A stretch of 64,000 bases of DNA, taken from assembly GCF_004010195.1 (NCBI RefSeq), contig NC_057718.1, positions 20,666,223-20,730,222 on the forward strand, given 5' to 3'. The translations under genes were made by a program, and so were the position numbers. This stretch comes from Chiloscyllium plagiosum. Its lineage: Eukaryota. The first letter of the stretch is position 1; each line of letters begins with the position of its first letter. Positions 50,246-63,099 of this stretch are shown here, in pieces. The notes below the pieces were generated by a model. That model was not told where the DNA came from, searched no databases, and worked only from the letters and a program-made list of their open reading frames with translations.

Positions 50246-52954
50246 TGCCACAAACTGGCAATAACTATATCTAGGGTAAGTCAGTTCTGTCTCTATACAA
50301 CTTACGTTTAAAGTTCAGAATCTAATTTTTTCCATCGGAAACTATAATCCTGTAGGTTACCAGAACTCTGATAAAGTAATTCTCAAAATATCATGGCAAC
50401 ACTTAGGAAGAGATCTTTAAAACCGCTGCAGGTTTGTTCAAAAGAAATTGTAACACACTTAGGACTTTAGTTAGAAGTTTATTTTAAAAGACCAGTGAAA
50501 TATAACCAAAGATCTCAGATGTTGGAATGGCATTGTAGCCATTTTCATTATGTGTTGTTTATAAACTCAGGTGGGACTTTATTGGTAACTCCACATTAGT
50601 AGTAATATTTGTGAAGTGATCTAGGCCTCAGCATCAACACTGAAGATATATGAGAAAGGGCCAGACAAGGGTCATGGCAAAACACAGTTTGAAAAAATGG
50701 TTTCCCAACAAGTATTTTACACTCAAATAATGACTCAAGTTGAATTTCACCTCCCACCATATCCCCATTAGTGTTTTTCTCAGTAAGTTTGAGAAAGGAA
50801 GAAATTTTGCAAATTACGTATGTGAGTGAAGTTCTTTATGAGACTGATTTTAGCTGATCTGCAAGAGGATTAGAGCAGGTGGGTCAAAGGTCCATTTTTG
50901 CATACTTTCTTATGATTGGATTAACTGATCTTTGTTGCAATCATTCTGTTACAATGCAACAACTACTTATCTGTCAGTTGTTTTACTACATTATGGCGTT
51001 TCTCCTAACGGAGTAAGAATCATTTTAAGCTATTGTAGTTCATCAGTGGCCTCTCATTTTATTGCAAACAGTTGGTTACTGTGTTTTTAATTTTTTTAAT
51101 TCATAGGAAAAGGAGAAACACTGCACTTAAATTGTAAAATTTCAATACAAATAATTACGGTATCCAAAAAATTAAACCCCATTGGTTCAATGAATTACAA
51201 AATATGTGTCAGTCGGCTGTAACAAAGTGGGGGCATAGCCGTTGATCTTTTTTGCCTTTTCTTTAAGTTTCAAGCATTTGTAATTGGTAGTTTTCACATG
51301 CTATGATTGTTTTAAATGCATGAATCGCAGACATGTTTTCCTTCATGAAACATGACAGCATCAGATTTTCATGTCAGTTTGATTTAAGCAGTTAAGAGGG
51401 TGTTGGCACCAGTTCAATCAGCATATTTGCTGCTCTATCCTAGCAGCTAGTGCTCACGTAAAGTGGTCCCTTTCTTTTACCGCAAACCATGCAGCATTGT
51501 CTTAATTTTCCTTCTCTAGCCTGGTCAGTCTAGTTTTTGAAGGTCACAAAGCAAATACTGTACATTCACTGTCCATTAGTCAACTAGATGTCAAGCTCAG
51601 TCTTTAGAACATGAGTAATTCAGGAAACTATTGATTTCCTAAACTGCTGCTCCTTGCTCCATACCTCCTGAAACTAGTGCTGTGTTATTAGTTAAGGAAA
51701 ACATAGCCCAGTTGGTCATGCAGATTCTCTACCTCCCAAATAGATAGCCACGAGCTTAAGCTCCAGTGTTGTCCATTATCTTCATGTCACTGTCGAATTG
51801 TCACCATTCTTTAACACAATCACAACAGTAGCATATTAAACCACATAAAACTAAGATGATGTCTATTAGAAATGATGCTTGGATGGTTGGCTTGAAGCAG
51901 CATTTCAGCTAAACAACACTGAATTTTAAAAATGGAGGCAGATTCTGCTACCTGGGTCAATGGCTTGAAGGGTCAAGAAGTCTAAATGAGGTTGGTTGTA
52001 TTGGTAGCGTCATTGCTGCATTTTGAATTCATCAAGCAAGTGCCTGGAAAACCCTCAACTGCACAATTGATGCACAACTATGGATCTATAATGATGCTTA
52101 CTAAGCAGGTTGTTGTGTAGTGCTCGATTGGGACTATATATCAGAAGCAGGAATACTGATTTAATTCATTTCATTCCATGTGTATTGCTTCAGAAAGATC
52201 TTTGGGATCCCTTGGACTCACAGAGTCCCCAACACAGAGTGTTGCCGATGTCTAACTCAGAAAGGATCCACGCAATGTTGACTATGCTGGCTAGGTCATG
52301 TCATCAGAGTTTATGATGAGCATGTAAGAAGAGATGTACTCAAATGTAGAGTCATAGATTTGAATATTTTTAGGTAAATTGGATAAATTCATGAGAAACA
52401 ATGGTGGAAATGTTAGTATGGGTAGGTAGGAACATTGAATGCATAGACCAAGAGGCCTACTCCTGTTCCTGATGGGGTTGTACTGTTCTGTACTGTTTTA
52501 TGTTCTATGTTCTATGATTGTATTTTTGTGTCTGCTTGCACTGAAGTGTTATTTATGTTCATGAATTGACACCCATTATTCCTGGTCCCACTGCACTTTA
52601 GTGGTGGCTTAAGGATTTAATAGGGATCACAGGGCTTTCCTGTGCCTCTTGAAGACTGCCTAGAAAACCCTGTCAAGTCTGTCTGTGGCCTTCTGGAAGC
52701 AGAGGGGAAAGGATCACTGCTAATCTGTGCCTGATTGATCAAAATGCGGGGGCAGTGGGCTCTGAAAGCCACCACCCTGCCCTTGCCTCCAACCCTTGAC
52801 AACCTCTATCCCATGAATCCATCTCTAAAACATATTAGAAAATGGGACTTTCCCCAAATGTCCAGAAAACTAAGGCCCACACCAGCTCCCACAGCGCAAC
52901 ATTTTCCCACCCTTGTCAATTATGATCAAACGGTAAGATCCTAGAAAATGGGGA

Positions 52955-53235
52955 CCATTGGATCCTCCCTGGGTTGTGACCAACTAAATTGGAGAAGGTT
53001 CATTGAAAAAGGAAGGCAATGATTACATTGAGAGATTCAATTGGAACACACAGAAGTGAAGTTGACGCATCAGATGTAGAACATCAACCTCCCAAATCTC
53101 ATTCAATTGATCTTCCAAGCATCACCTGTCCCACATGTGACAGAGTCTGCAGATCATACATCAGATTGATGAGGCATCTCAGAACCCAGTGAACCAGAAG
53201 GAAGTTGTCTTTGATCCTGAGGAACTGCCTTAGAA
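52955..53235 (+). mobile_element. RTE-type LINE 3' end remnant
   Basis: C-terminal C2H2-like TCPTCDRVCRSYIRLMRHLRTQ* followed by a short 3' UTR. Confidence 0.6.
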
Positions 53236-54359
53236 AAAGGAGGTCTAAATTAGCATTGTGAGAGGGTCATTTTCTGTTGAAGAGACCTAAAAAAGGGGCA
53301 GTAAAGTAAAAATGGGTCATTCAATTTTTAAAAATAGAATAATTGACAGCTGGGGTTGAGTAGCAATGAGGTCATAAAAATGTGTGACAGTCATTCTCAT
53401 TATTTATGATTTATTCATGATTATTTGTAACATTGCCCTCATGGAGATTATAAGATTTTATAAAACCTCCAGTGTACAAACATGGTCTTTAAGATACAGC
53501 TAATATGAGAACATATTATTGGCCTGAAAATAAAAATATTAATCCCATTGAACTTTGCATTTCAGTTCATTTGATGTGAACACACACATGACATCAATGT
53601 TGTGCAATGTCAAATGGGTCATTGAGTGACAACATGCTAATACAGTAACAGTGGGAGGGCTAGGACATAAACATTAGGAACACTGGAACTTGCAGCTGTT
53701 GCCTTCGCTGTGTGAAAATCTGTCTGGATATTCAACAATACTAGTGATTATCAGAGTGCACTGAACCTATTAACCCTTTGCTATCAGAGGAAATCATAAT
53801 TCTTTTTTATTTGCAGTTGAAGCTTTTTCTGTGGTTAAAATGAAGGGTTAAGCAAAGCTAGTGATTATGAGAGTGCACTGACCTGAATTTGTCTGGTTTC
53901 AGTATCTAGTAAATATGATGTCTGAATTAGTTATTGTTGTATGTAGCTAAGGGCAAAATGGAACTCAAATATTTTGATAACAACCTTCTGAGAAGATTGT
54001 TTATGTAGATATTCAAGTCTCACTTTTCTTTAATCATGGATTTAGTTTGAGGGTAAGATATGACGACATCACTTCCGTGTGAAAATGCCTCTTGATATCT
54101 GGATTTCTGACAGCACTTAAAGTCTGCATTTAAACATTAACTTGAAATAAATCTTGGGAACATGGGAACACCACCATATGCAGGTTCCCCTCCAAGCCAC
54201 TCATCATCCTTTATTGCCGGTGGGTGAAAATCCTGGAATTCCCTTCCTAATGGCATTTTGGGTTTACCATCAGCACATGCACTGCAGTGGTTCAACAGGA
54301 CAGCTCACCACCACTTTCTCAAGGACACCCACAACCCATGAATGAATAAAATAAATCAC

Positions 54360-55463
54360 AAGTCTCATAATACAGGGAGTACTAGCCATTTGGATACAGA
54401 ACTTGCTTGAAGGTAGAAGACAGAGGGTGGTGGTGGAGGTTTGCTTTTCAGACTGAAGGCTAGTGACCAGTGGTGTGCCACATGGATTGGTGTTGGGTCC
54501 ACTACTTTCTGTCATTTATATAAATAATTTGGATGTGAACATAAAAGATATAGTTAGTAAGTTTGCAGATGACACCAAAATTGGAGGTGTAGTGGACAAC
54601 GAAGAAGGTTACCACAGAGTACAATGGGATCTTGATCAGATGGGCCAATGGGCTGAGGAGTGGCAGAAGGAGTTTAGTTTAGATAAATGTGAGGTACTGC
54701 ATTTTGGAAAGGTAAATCAGGGCAGGACTTATACACTTAATGGTAAGATCTTGGGGAGTGTTGCTGATCTTGGAGTGCAGGTTTATAGTTGCTTGAAAGT
54801 GGAATCGCAGGTAGATAGGATAGTGAAGAAGGTGTTTGGTATGATTTCCTTGGTTGGACAGAGCATTGAGTATAGGAATTGGGAGGCCACAATGGAGCTG
54901 TACAGGATATTGGTTTGGAGTATTCAAATGTAATTTTGGTCTCCCTTCTATCAGAAGGATGTTGTGAAACTTGAAAGGGTTCATAAAAGATTTACAAGGA
55001 TGTTGTCAGGGTTGGAGGATTTGAGCTACAAGAGAGGCTAAATAGGCTGGGGCTGTTTTCCCTGGAGTGTCTGCGACTGAGGGGTGAACTTGTAGAGTTT
55101 TATAAAATCATGAGGGGCATGGATAGGATAAATAGACAAGGTATTTTCCCTGGGGTGAGGGAGTCCAGAACTAGAAGGCATCAGTTTAGAGTGAGAGGGG
55201 AAAAATTTAAAAGCAACCCAAGGGGCCACTTTTTCACACAGAGGACGGTGCGAGTATGGAATGAGCTAACAGAGGAAGTGATGGAGGTTGGTATAATTCT
55301 AACATTTTAAAGGCGTCTGGATGGGTATATGAATAGGAAGGGTTTGGAGGGATATGGGCCAAATGCTGGCAAATGGGATTAGATTAGATTAGGATATCTG
55401 GTCAGCATAGACAAGATGGACCAAACGGTCTGTTTCCGTGCTGTACATCTCTATAATCTATGA
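54360..55463 (+). mobile_element. 5'-truncated CR1/HER1 LINE
   Basis: SGVPHGLVLGPLL, KFADDTK, FFTQRTVRVWN, 3' UTR. Confidence 0.92.
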
Positions 55464-55587
55464 CCACACACACTGGGAGAAATTTGTACCGTATATAAGA
55501 TGCACTGCAGTAATTTGTCAAGCCTCCTTTGATTGCACCTCCCATACCTGTGACTGTTGTTGCAGAACCAAAGGGATTCTCAAAAGC

Positions 55588-55762
55588 TAAAACAGAAAAT
55601 GCTAGAGAAACTCAGCAGCATCTGTGGGAAGAGAGCAGAATTAATGTTTCAAGTCCAGTGATTCTTCATGAGAGCCCTTATGATGATTCTGTCAGACATT
55701 CACCAGCAATTTTTGTTTTCGTTTCAGATCTTAGCATCCATAATTTTTTGTTTTATTTTCAG
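55588..55762. mobile_element. Old fold-back Penelope-type terminus
   Basis: Minus arm TGAAGAATCACTGGACTTGAAACATTAATTCTGC..CAGATGCTGCTGAG; plus arm CCAGCAATTTTTGTTTTCGTTTCAGAT; a related copy lies at about 49420-49560. Confidence 0.45.
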
Positions 55763-56124
55763 ATTGTCAAAAGGGTTGTCTGAGGGAATTGTGGTACTAT
55801 TTGTGAAGTTTGGAAGGCTAAGGAACATGTGGAATTTGTAAGAGGACATAGAAATTAGAAAAAATGCAGCCATGTCTATCTTTCCCACTTTTTGAAACAC
55901 TAAAAAGATGAAAATGTAGTTGTGTGTGTATAATTAGCTCAGTTGGCTAAATGGCTGGCAGAGATATTAAATCAGGTGTCTGGAGTTTCATCCCCTTTCA
56001 GGTTTAAGTGGACATGAGTTCACTCAGTCTCACCTCCTTACCCCATGCAAAAACTACGCCACTTGCTGTGGTTCAGTAAACACAAAAAGAGAAGAAATAA
56101 TGAATGGCATTCTCTAAGCTTCCT

Positions 56125-56370
56125 TTTCAATCTCTGTCAGCCTTCAACATGGCTGACCACACCATCATCCCTCAACACCACCACTCCACTGACCAATTCA
56201 CTGGGACTCACTTGATGTATCACCAGCAATGATGTCATAACTGTGTTTTGATTTTGGAGTGCCATTAGGGTAATTTTGGGTCTTTGTGACCTACCCGCCG
56301 CAGTTGGGAATGTCATCCACCGACACGGGATTCCGCTTGTACACAGATGATATCCACCTCACTCTCTCTT
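56125..56370 (+). mobile_element. L2-like RT remnant
   Basis: LSAFNMADH, GVPLG and LYTDDIHL in broken frames. Confidence 0.45.
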
Positions 56371-57277
56371 CACTTATGGACTGAGGTCAGATTTTAAGTA
56401 AGGGATGGTAACTGGTGTGGGACTCCACTGGTACATGGTAAACACAAACATCAGTGTAATGTGGCTGTCAGTAGCTTCATATTTAGAATTTCAAGTTTCC
56501 CAACCAATTAGTACCAGCAGCCATGATGACGACCATTCTGCCCTGACCCATTTCCGCCCTTTTGTTATCCAGTGGTGCTGACGCTCACAATGCAGATTGC
56601 ACGACAAGCAAATCCTTGTTTAAATGAACTCAGTGTCTGATTGAGGATTCCTGCATCAGGAAGGAGGGGGTGCACTGACAACTGCCCTACCTGTTCTCAC
56701 TGTCAAATCCCATCTCCCCAACAGCATATCTCCTGCAATCACTCAGTCACCCCCACTGTTGGCAGATGGGAGATTTTCATTGGGCCCTTTCTGGCCCCAA
56801 ATTAATTGGGGAGAACTTTATTGATGTGGGAATCTGATGAGGGTACTTCTGTTCAATTAATGTTGAATAGTGCATCAAAAACTGGCACTCTGTCCAATTC
56901 AGTTGGTCCAGTCTTAGTAAGGGCAGTTAAAATTGACCTCATATGTTCATAGAATCATAGAATCGTATAGCACAGAGGGGGCCATTTGACCCATCATGTC
57001 TGTACCAGGTTCTGAAAGAGCTACCCACTAGTTTCGTTCTCCAGCTATACCTTTGCAGTCCCCTAAATTCATCACATTCAAATATATATCCAGCTCTCTT
57101 TGGAAACCTCTTATGGAATCCGCCTCCACCACTCTCCCAGGCAGCACATTCCAAATCCTGAAAATGCTCTGAGTAACGAAGTTTCTCCTCATCTTATTCC
57201 TAGCTCTGTTGATGCCAAACTTGATTTTGTGACCCCCTAGTTACTGACATTCCAGATAGTGGAAATAGAATACCCTT

Positions 57278-58798
57278 CTTTATCGCTACATCGTTGACTG
57301 TATTGGCGCCACCTCATGCCAGGATTTGATGGTGGAGGAGGCCCAGGACTCTCATGCCCTTGGCAGAGTGGGAGGGGAAATTGAAGTGATCTACCACAGA
57401 ATGGTGGGGTTGTTTATTACGTGTATCCCAGAGATATTCTCTGAGATGTTCCGCAAGCTGGTGTCCTGTCTCCCCAATGTAGAGGAGACCACATCAAGAG
57501 TAATAGACAGTCGGTGAGGTGTTTGAAGGTGCAGGAAAATGTCTGCCGGATGTGGAAGGATCCTTTGCGGCCTTGGATGGAGGCAAGGGAGGAAATGTGG
57601 GCGCAAGTTTTACACCTCTTGCAGTGGCAAGGAAAGGTGCTAGGAGTGGGTTGGTGGGGTGTGTGGACCTAATGAGGGAGCCGCAGAGGGAATGGTCTCT
57701 GCAGAATGCCGAAAGGGGTGGGGAGGGAAATATATCTCTGGTGGTGGGGTCTGACTGTACGTGGCAGAAATGGTGGGATGATGCATTGGATCTAGTGGTT
57801 GGTGGGATGGAAGGTGAGGACCAGGAAGTTCTGTCCTTGTGGCGGTTGCAGAGGTGGGGTTCAAGGGTGGAGTTGCGGGAAGTGGAGGAGATACGCTGGA
57901 AGGCATTGTTGACCATGTGGGAGGGGAAATTGCAGTCCTTGAAGGAGAATGCCATCTGGGATGTCCTGAAGTGGAATTGATCCTCCTGGGAGCAGACGCA
58001 GCAGAGGCAGAGAAATTAGAAGTCAGGGATAGCGCTTTTACAGGAGGGGGAGTGGGAGGAGGTGTAGTCCGGGTAGCTATGGGAGTTGGTAGGTTTGGAG
58101 TAAATGTTCGTGTTGAGTTGGTCACTAGAAATTGAGATGGAGGGGTCCAGGAAGGGGAGGGAGGTGTCTGAGATGGTCCAGGTGAACTTGAGGTCCAGAT
58201 GGAAGATGTTCGTGAAGTTGATGAACTGCTCAACCTCCTCCTGGGAGCATGAGGTGGCGCCAATACAGTCATTGATGTAGCAGAGGTAAAGGTAGGGAAT
58301 GGTGCCAGTGTAATTGCGGAGGATGGACTGTTCAGATGACTGGAGGAAGAACACCTAATTGTCTGCCTTGGGACCTTCCAATCACACAGAATCAATGTCG
58401 ATTTCACCAGTTTCCTCATCTGCCCTGTCCCCACCACATCCCAAATCAACTCCTCCAACTCAGCACCGCCCTCTTGACCTATCCTACCTGTCCATCTTCC
58501 TGCCCACCTATCCACTCCACCGTCCATTCTGACCTATCAACATCACCCCCACACCTTCATCCACCTATTCCAGTCCTAGCTACCTTTCCCCTGGCGCCAG
58601 TCCTCTCCCATTTATCTCTCAACCCCTTTGGCACGCCCCCTCCCCCTGACACACACACACACACACACTCCTGATGAAGAGCTTTTGCTTGAAACATTGA
58701 CTGTCCTGCTCCTCGGATGCTTCCTGACCTGCTGTGCTTTTCCAGCACCTTACATTTTGACTCTGATCTCCAGCATCTGCATTCCTCACTTTCCCCTA
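57278..58798. mobile_element. Penelope-like element with internal inversion (RT C-half, GIY-YIG endonuclease, 3' terminus)
   Basis: Minus 57320-58335: YINDCIG, LKFTW, LPFLD, YSKPT, LLYIGETG; plus 58338 onwards: LEEEHLIVCLGT..INVDF, C-rich 3' UTR, hammerhead-like core at 58671. Confidence 0.88.
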
Positions 58799-58799
58799 G

Positions 58800-59000
58800 A
58801 TTGTTACCCTATATTTACACATGAACAGTCCTTGACTATAATATTGCCTCTTACAGAGTCAGGTACCAGACTGTCAGTGTCTCTGACACTCAACCTTTTT
58901 ATGTCAGCCAGGGTTCCCTGATTGGATCAGATTTACAGCCCCAATCAGAGAACTCATACTGTCTGAGGTTCACATGTCTGTCCTCATGACAATCACTACA
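58800..59000 (-). mobile_element. Probable LTR fragment
   Basis: Minus strand starts TGTAGTGATTGTCATGAGG, with CCAATCAG and a TATA-like ATAAAAAGG. Confidence 0.45.
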
Positions 59001-60539
59001 GTCACCTTTCAATCTTCTCTGTTCCAAGTAGAACGAGCCCAATTTCTCTTATCTTTCCTTATATCTAAAATCCCTCATTCCTGGTATCATTTGAGTAAAT
59101 CTCTTTGCACTCGCTCCAAGGCTTTAATATCCTTGCTTAAGAACTGAACACAATATTCCAAATCTGGTCTGTTCAATGATTTGTAGAGGTATAGCATCAC
59201 TTCCTTGCTTGTATACTCTATGCTTCTATCTATAAACTCAAAGTTTTTTTAAAGTCTTCTTAACAATTGTTTCAATTTGCTTGGACATCTTCAAAGAATT
59301 ATGCATTCGAACCCTGAGATCCCTCTGCTCCTATACTCCCCTCAAAGTTATACCATTGAGCCTGTATTGTCTCTCCAAGTTTCTTCTACCAAACTGCATT
59401 ACCATACACTTCTCTGCATTGAAATTCATCTGCCAGGTCTCTGCCCATTTGGTCAACTTGTCAATGTCTCTCAGAAGTTGCTCAGCATCAATCTCACTAT
59501 TCACTATTCTACCTAGTTTAGTATCATCTGCAAATTTAGAGATTTTGCCCTTAATACCCACCTCTAAATCAGTTAGATAAATCAGAAAAGCAAGGGTCCC
59601 AACACCAATCCATGGCTAACACCAACTTCAACTTGTCTCCAGTCTAAGAAATACCATCTCTACTTACCCTCTTTTTCTATCTTTTAGCCAACTTCTAATC
59701 TATGCTGCCAAGGACTCATCAATCACAAACATTTCTAATTTGCTAACCTACCTGCTATATGGCTCTGAATCAAATGCTTTCTGAAAGTCCAAATATACAA
59801 CATCCCTGTCACTACCATCATCCACTACTTGTGTCACCTTGTCAAAGAGCTCAATTAAATTTGACAGACATGACCTGCCCTTGACAAAGTCATGTTGACT
59901 GCCTAGTATTAACTTATTTTTGTCCAAGAGTATGTTTACCTCAACCCGTATATGGCCTCCATCAGTTTTCCCACAATAGCTGACAGGGCTGTTGTTTCCT
60001 GGGTTACCCTATGCCACTTTCTTAAAAACGGTGTCATATTTGCAATCCTCCAATCCCCAGACTAATTTTGTGTTCAGAGAGGCCTGGAAAATTTCTGTCA
60101 GTGGCTTTGCAATTTGCTCCTTTACCTGTCCCAACAATCTAGGATACATCCCATCTGGACCTGGTGACTTCTCTACCTGGAATACTACTAGCCTTTTCAA
60201 CACCTCTTCTTTATTTATCACCACATTGTTCAGTTGTTCAACACACACATTTTTAACTGGGCTGTTGTCACCATTTTCAATTTACTCATTGTTAAACAAA
60301 ACGTTTATTGAAAAATAAGATAAAAATGAGCCAATGTGTTCCTCTAGAATCATTTGATTTTCCTCCTTAGGTTTCATCCCTTATCATGCATTTGTCTGGT
60401 ATGAGCCTAATTATCATGTTCAACTAATAGGTTGGGATAGTTGATCCGAAATGAGCTTCAAGAGAAATGTTTCCAAGGCAGGATGTTTTAGTGAGGGAGT
60501 TCTATGGAGTCGTACTGAAAAAATTGATAGCTTTGCTAG

Positions 60540-61660
60540 AGAGATATAAAGAATAGGAGCAGGAGATCATTCATTCCCTCGAGCCTGTTCCGCCATTCAA
60601 TAAGATCACGGCTGATTGGTTTGTATTTCAAATTAATCATTCCCAGCTACTCTGAACACTCTTTGATTCTCCTGCTGAACAAGAATCTATCCACCATTTT
60701 CAAACAGAGCCACCTAGGAAGCATCCTTTTCATATCCATCTTTTCAAGACATTTCAGGGTCTTATATACTTCAATTATGTCATAGAATCATAAAGTCCTT
60801 ATGGTTTGGCCCGTTGAGTCCACACCGACCCTCCAAATAACATCCCACCCAGACCCACTCCCCCACCCTATACCCATAACCCTGATTTCCCATGGATAAT
60901 CCACTTAGTCTGCACATCTCTCGGCACAATGGTCAATTTACCATTGCCAATCCATCCAACCTGCACATCTTTGAAGTTGCCTCTTAATCTTGTAAACGCC
61001 AACAAAAACTAGTCGAGGCTATCCAATCTATCATAAGACAACCCATTCATTCCAGCTATCCATCTAGTAGACTTTTTCTGAAGTGCCTCCAATGCATTTT
61101 CATCCTTCCTTAAATAAGGAGACCAAAATTGCGCACAGTATTCAAGATGTGATCTCATCAATACCCTGCATAAATGAAACAGAACATCCTTAAATTATAT
61201 TCAATTCTCCTTGAAATAAAAAAATTCTATTAACTTAGCATGTTACATTTGCATTTTAACCATGATTTATGCACCAGAGCACCTAAATCCCTCTGTATCT
61301 CAGATTTCTGCAGTCAATCTGTTTTTAAGCAAAACTCTGCTTTTTTAATTCTTCATGCCAAAGTAACAACTTCATAACTTCCCCCATTATACTCTATCTG
61401 GTAGATATTTGCCTAATCACTCAACTTAAGCATATCATTATGTCTTCTCCTACCTTGACATGATCTATGAATTTAGCTACCATGTCATCATTTCCCTTGT
61501 CTAAGTCATTGATGTAAATTGAAAACGTAATGCTCCAGCACAGATTCTGCAGGATTCCACTCATCATATCCTGCCAATTAGGCAAAGACCTATTTATGTA
61601 TATTCTGCTTTTGGCCAACCAGCCAATCCTCTATCCATGTAAATACGTACCCTCATTCCT
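60540..61660 (-). mobile_element. Old CR1 fragment containing an HE1-like SINE piece (60780-60972)
   Basis: SIYINDLDKG..AKF, EYCAQFWSPYLRKD, 3' UTR. Confidence 0.7.
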
Positions 61661-62413
61661 TGAGATTTTATTTTTCCGTCTTCAACTCCAACTTATTTTC
61701 CAGCCCTGAGCAAACGTTCTGAATGGGTAGGCAACACATTCTTCTGGACTTTCCCTCCTTGCTGCAGATAACTGAATCTTTCTGCTTACTACACTATTAT
61801 CTGCAGCTACTACACTCCTTGTTGTTCCTCACACTTCAATAACTTCCTGAACTACAGTCAGTTTGCACATCCATGTTGCAAACAGACTCACCCAAACAGG
61901 CTGAAAGAACCTCAAATTTATTGGAAATTGGAAAAGGCTCACACCCTTGCACTCTGTGTCTTCTTACTAGCCTCACTCACAGCCACACCTTCCCATCCTT
62001 GACCACAGGCCAACTCAGAAAACCCTATCCTAAGTAGTATGTGACTGCTTACAGGTACAAAGAATCCAGGTAGCTTAACACAATGTCTTCAGTTCTGTCT
62101 CCAGCTCATAAATCCTAAGCTGAACTTCAAACAGATGGTGCACTCCAAAGCTGAGGCCAAGAAAGGGATAGAGACAGAGAAAGAGGAGAATGAGCAAGGA
62201 ATTTAGGACAAAACAAGGATGTTGAAATGGGTTGGGAGTGTGAGGAACGTAATTGCATGGAACTTAATATCTTAGCAGTTTCTAACAAATTGGAGTTAAG
62301 GATTATTATAATACTTTAGTCTGGGGACCGTAAAGACATACTACAGTAGTCGAACTAGCGGCCAATAATATGGATGTGGATGTAGTATGGATAATGATTT
62401 GCTTCAGTTAGAG

Positions 62414-62790
62414 CAATAGATCTCAAAATGTGGTTTACAGACCACTCGTGGCCCATGAGAATCCACCAGGGGGTCCATAAACTAATTAAAGTAATGGTTG
62501 AGGTATCAGGTCGAAACACTCATATCACTATTTGCAGACTGTTTCACAACCAGACTGGGTCCCGTGTGTGTACAGTGTTAGGCATCACAAGTGCCAGCAT
62601 AGCTTTTGAAGCAAGATTACGTTACATGACGCGCACAATTGCGCAATTGGATTTTCAACATTTGTGGGCTGCAAACAAAGAACAACTGCCGGAATGTGGT
62701 ATTAACATTTTTCTAGTTGAATTTTATCACAAGAAAAAAATGGGGTACGAGAGACAGGTGATCCCCAGATGAAAAGTTTGAAAACCACAG
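62414..62790. mobile_element. hAT (Charlie-like) MITE, decayed
   Basis: Ends CAATAGATCTCAAA and TTTGAAAACCACAG resemble CAGTGGTTCTCAAA TIRs; the 8-bp flanks match at 5 of 8 positions. Confidence 0.5.
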
Positions 62791-63099
62791 AGTAACAAAG
62801 TATGGTTAGTAAAGGGAGGTCTTCCAGAGGTTGTATTTTATCATTTTGTGGAATACGTGGCACAAATGTCCCGGATACTGTCAGTCATTAGCCACACAGT
62901 TTGAAAAAGATCCATCTCCTAAATGTACTTATAATTTGAGGAGAGCAATTATACTTGGACAATAACGCCCTTAATTCCATCTAATCCGTTATTCCTATGA
63001 ACTTTTTAGGCTCATGACTACTTGGACAGTCATGCTAGATGCTGAAGATAAAAACAAAATGATTCTCAAAAAATACTTTGGCTCATTTTAAAATAATAC

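Larger units (their letters stand above)
56945..60290 (-). mobile_element. CR1-clade LINE interrupted by a Penelope element and an LTR fragment
   Basis: 3' end at 56945-57280; ORF2 resumes at about 59002 (KFADDTKLG, WQMNFNAEKC, DFQKAFD, KSPGPDGMYPRLL). Confidence 0.85.

Noticed and set aside
57640..58527. 295-aa Ser/Pro/Thr-rich ORF
   Set aside because: It is an alternative reading frame over the Penelope RT and crosses the inversion junction.
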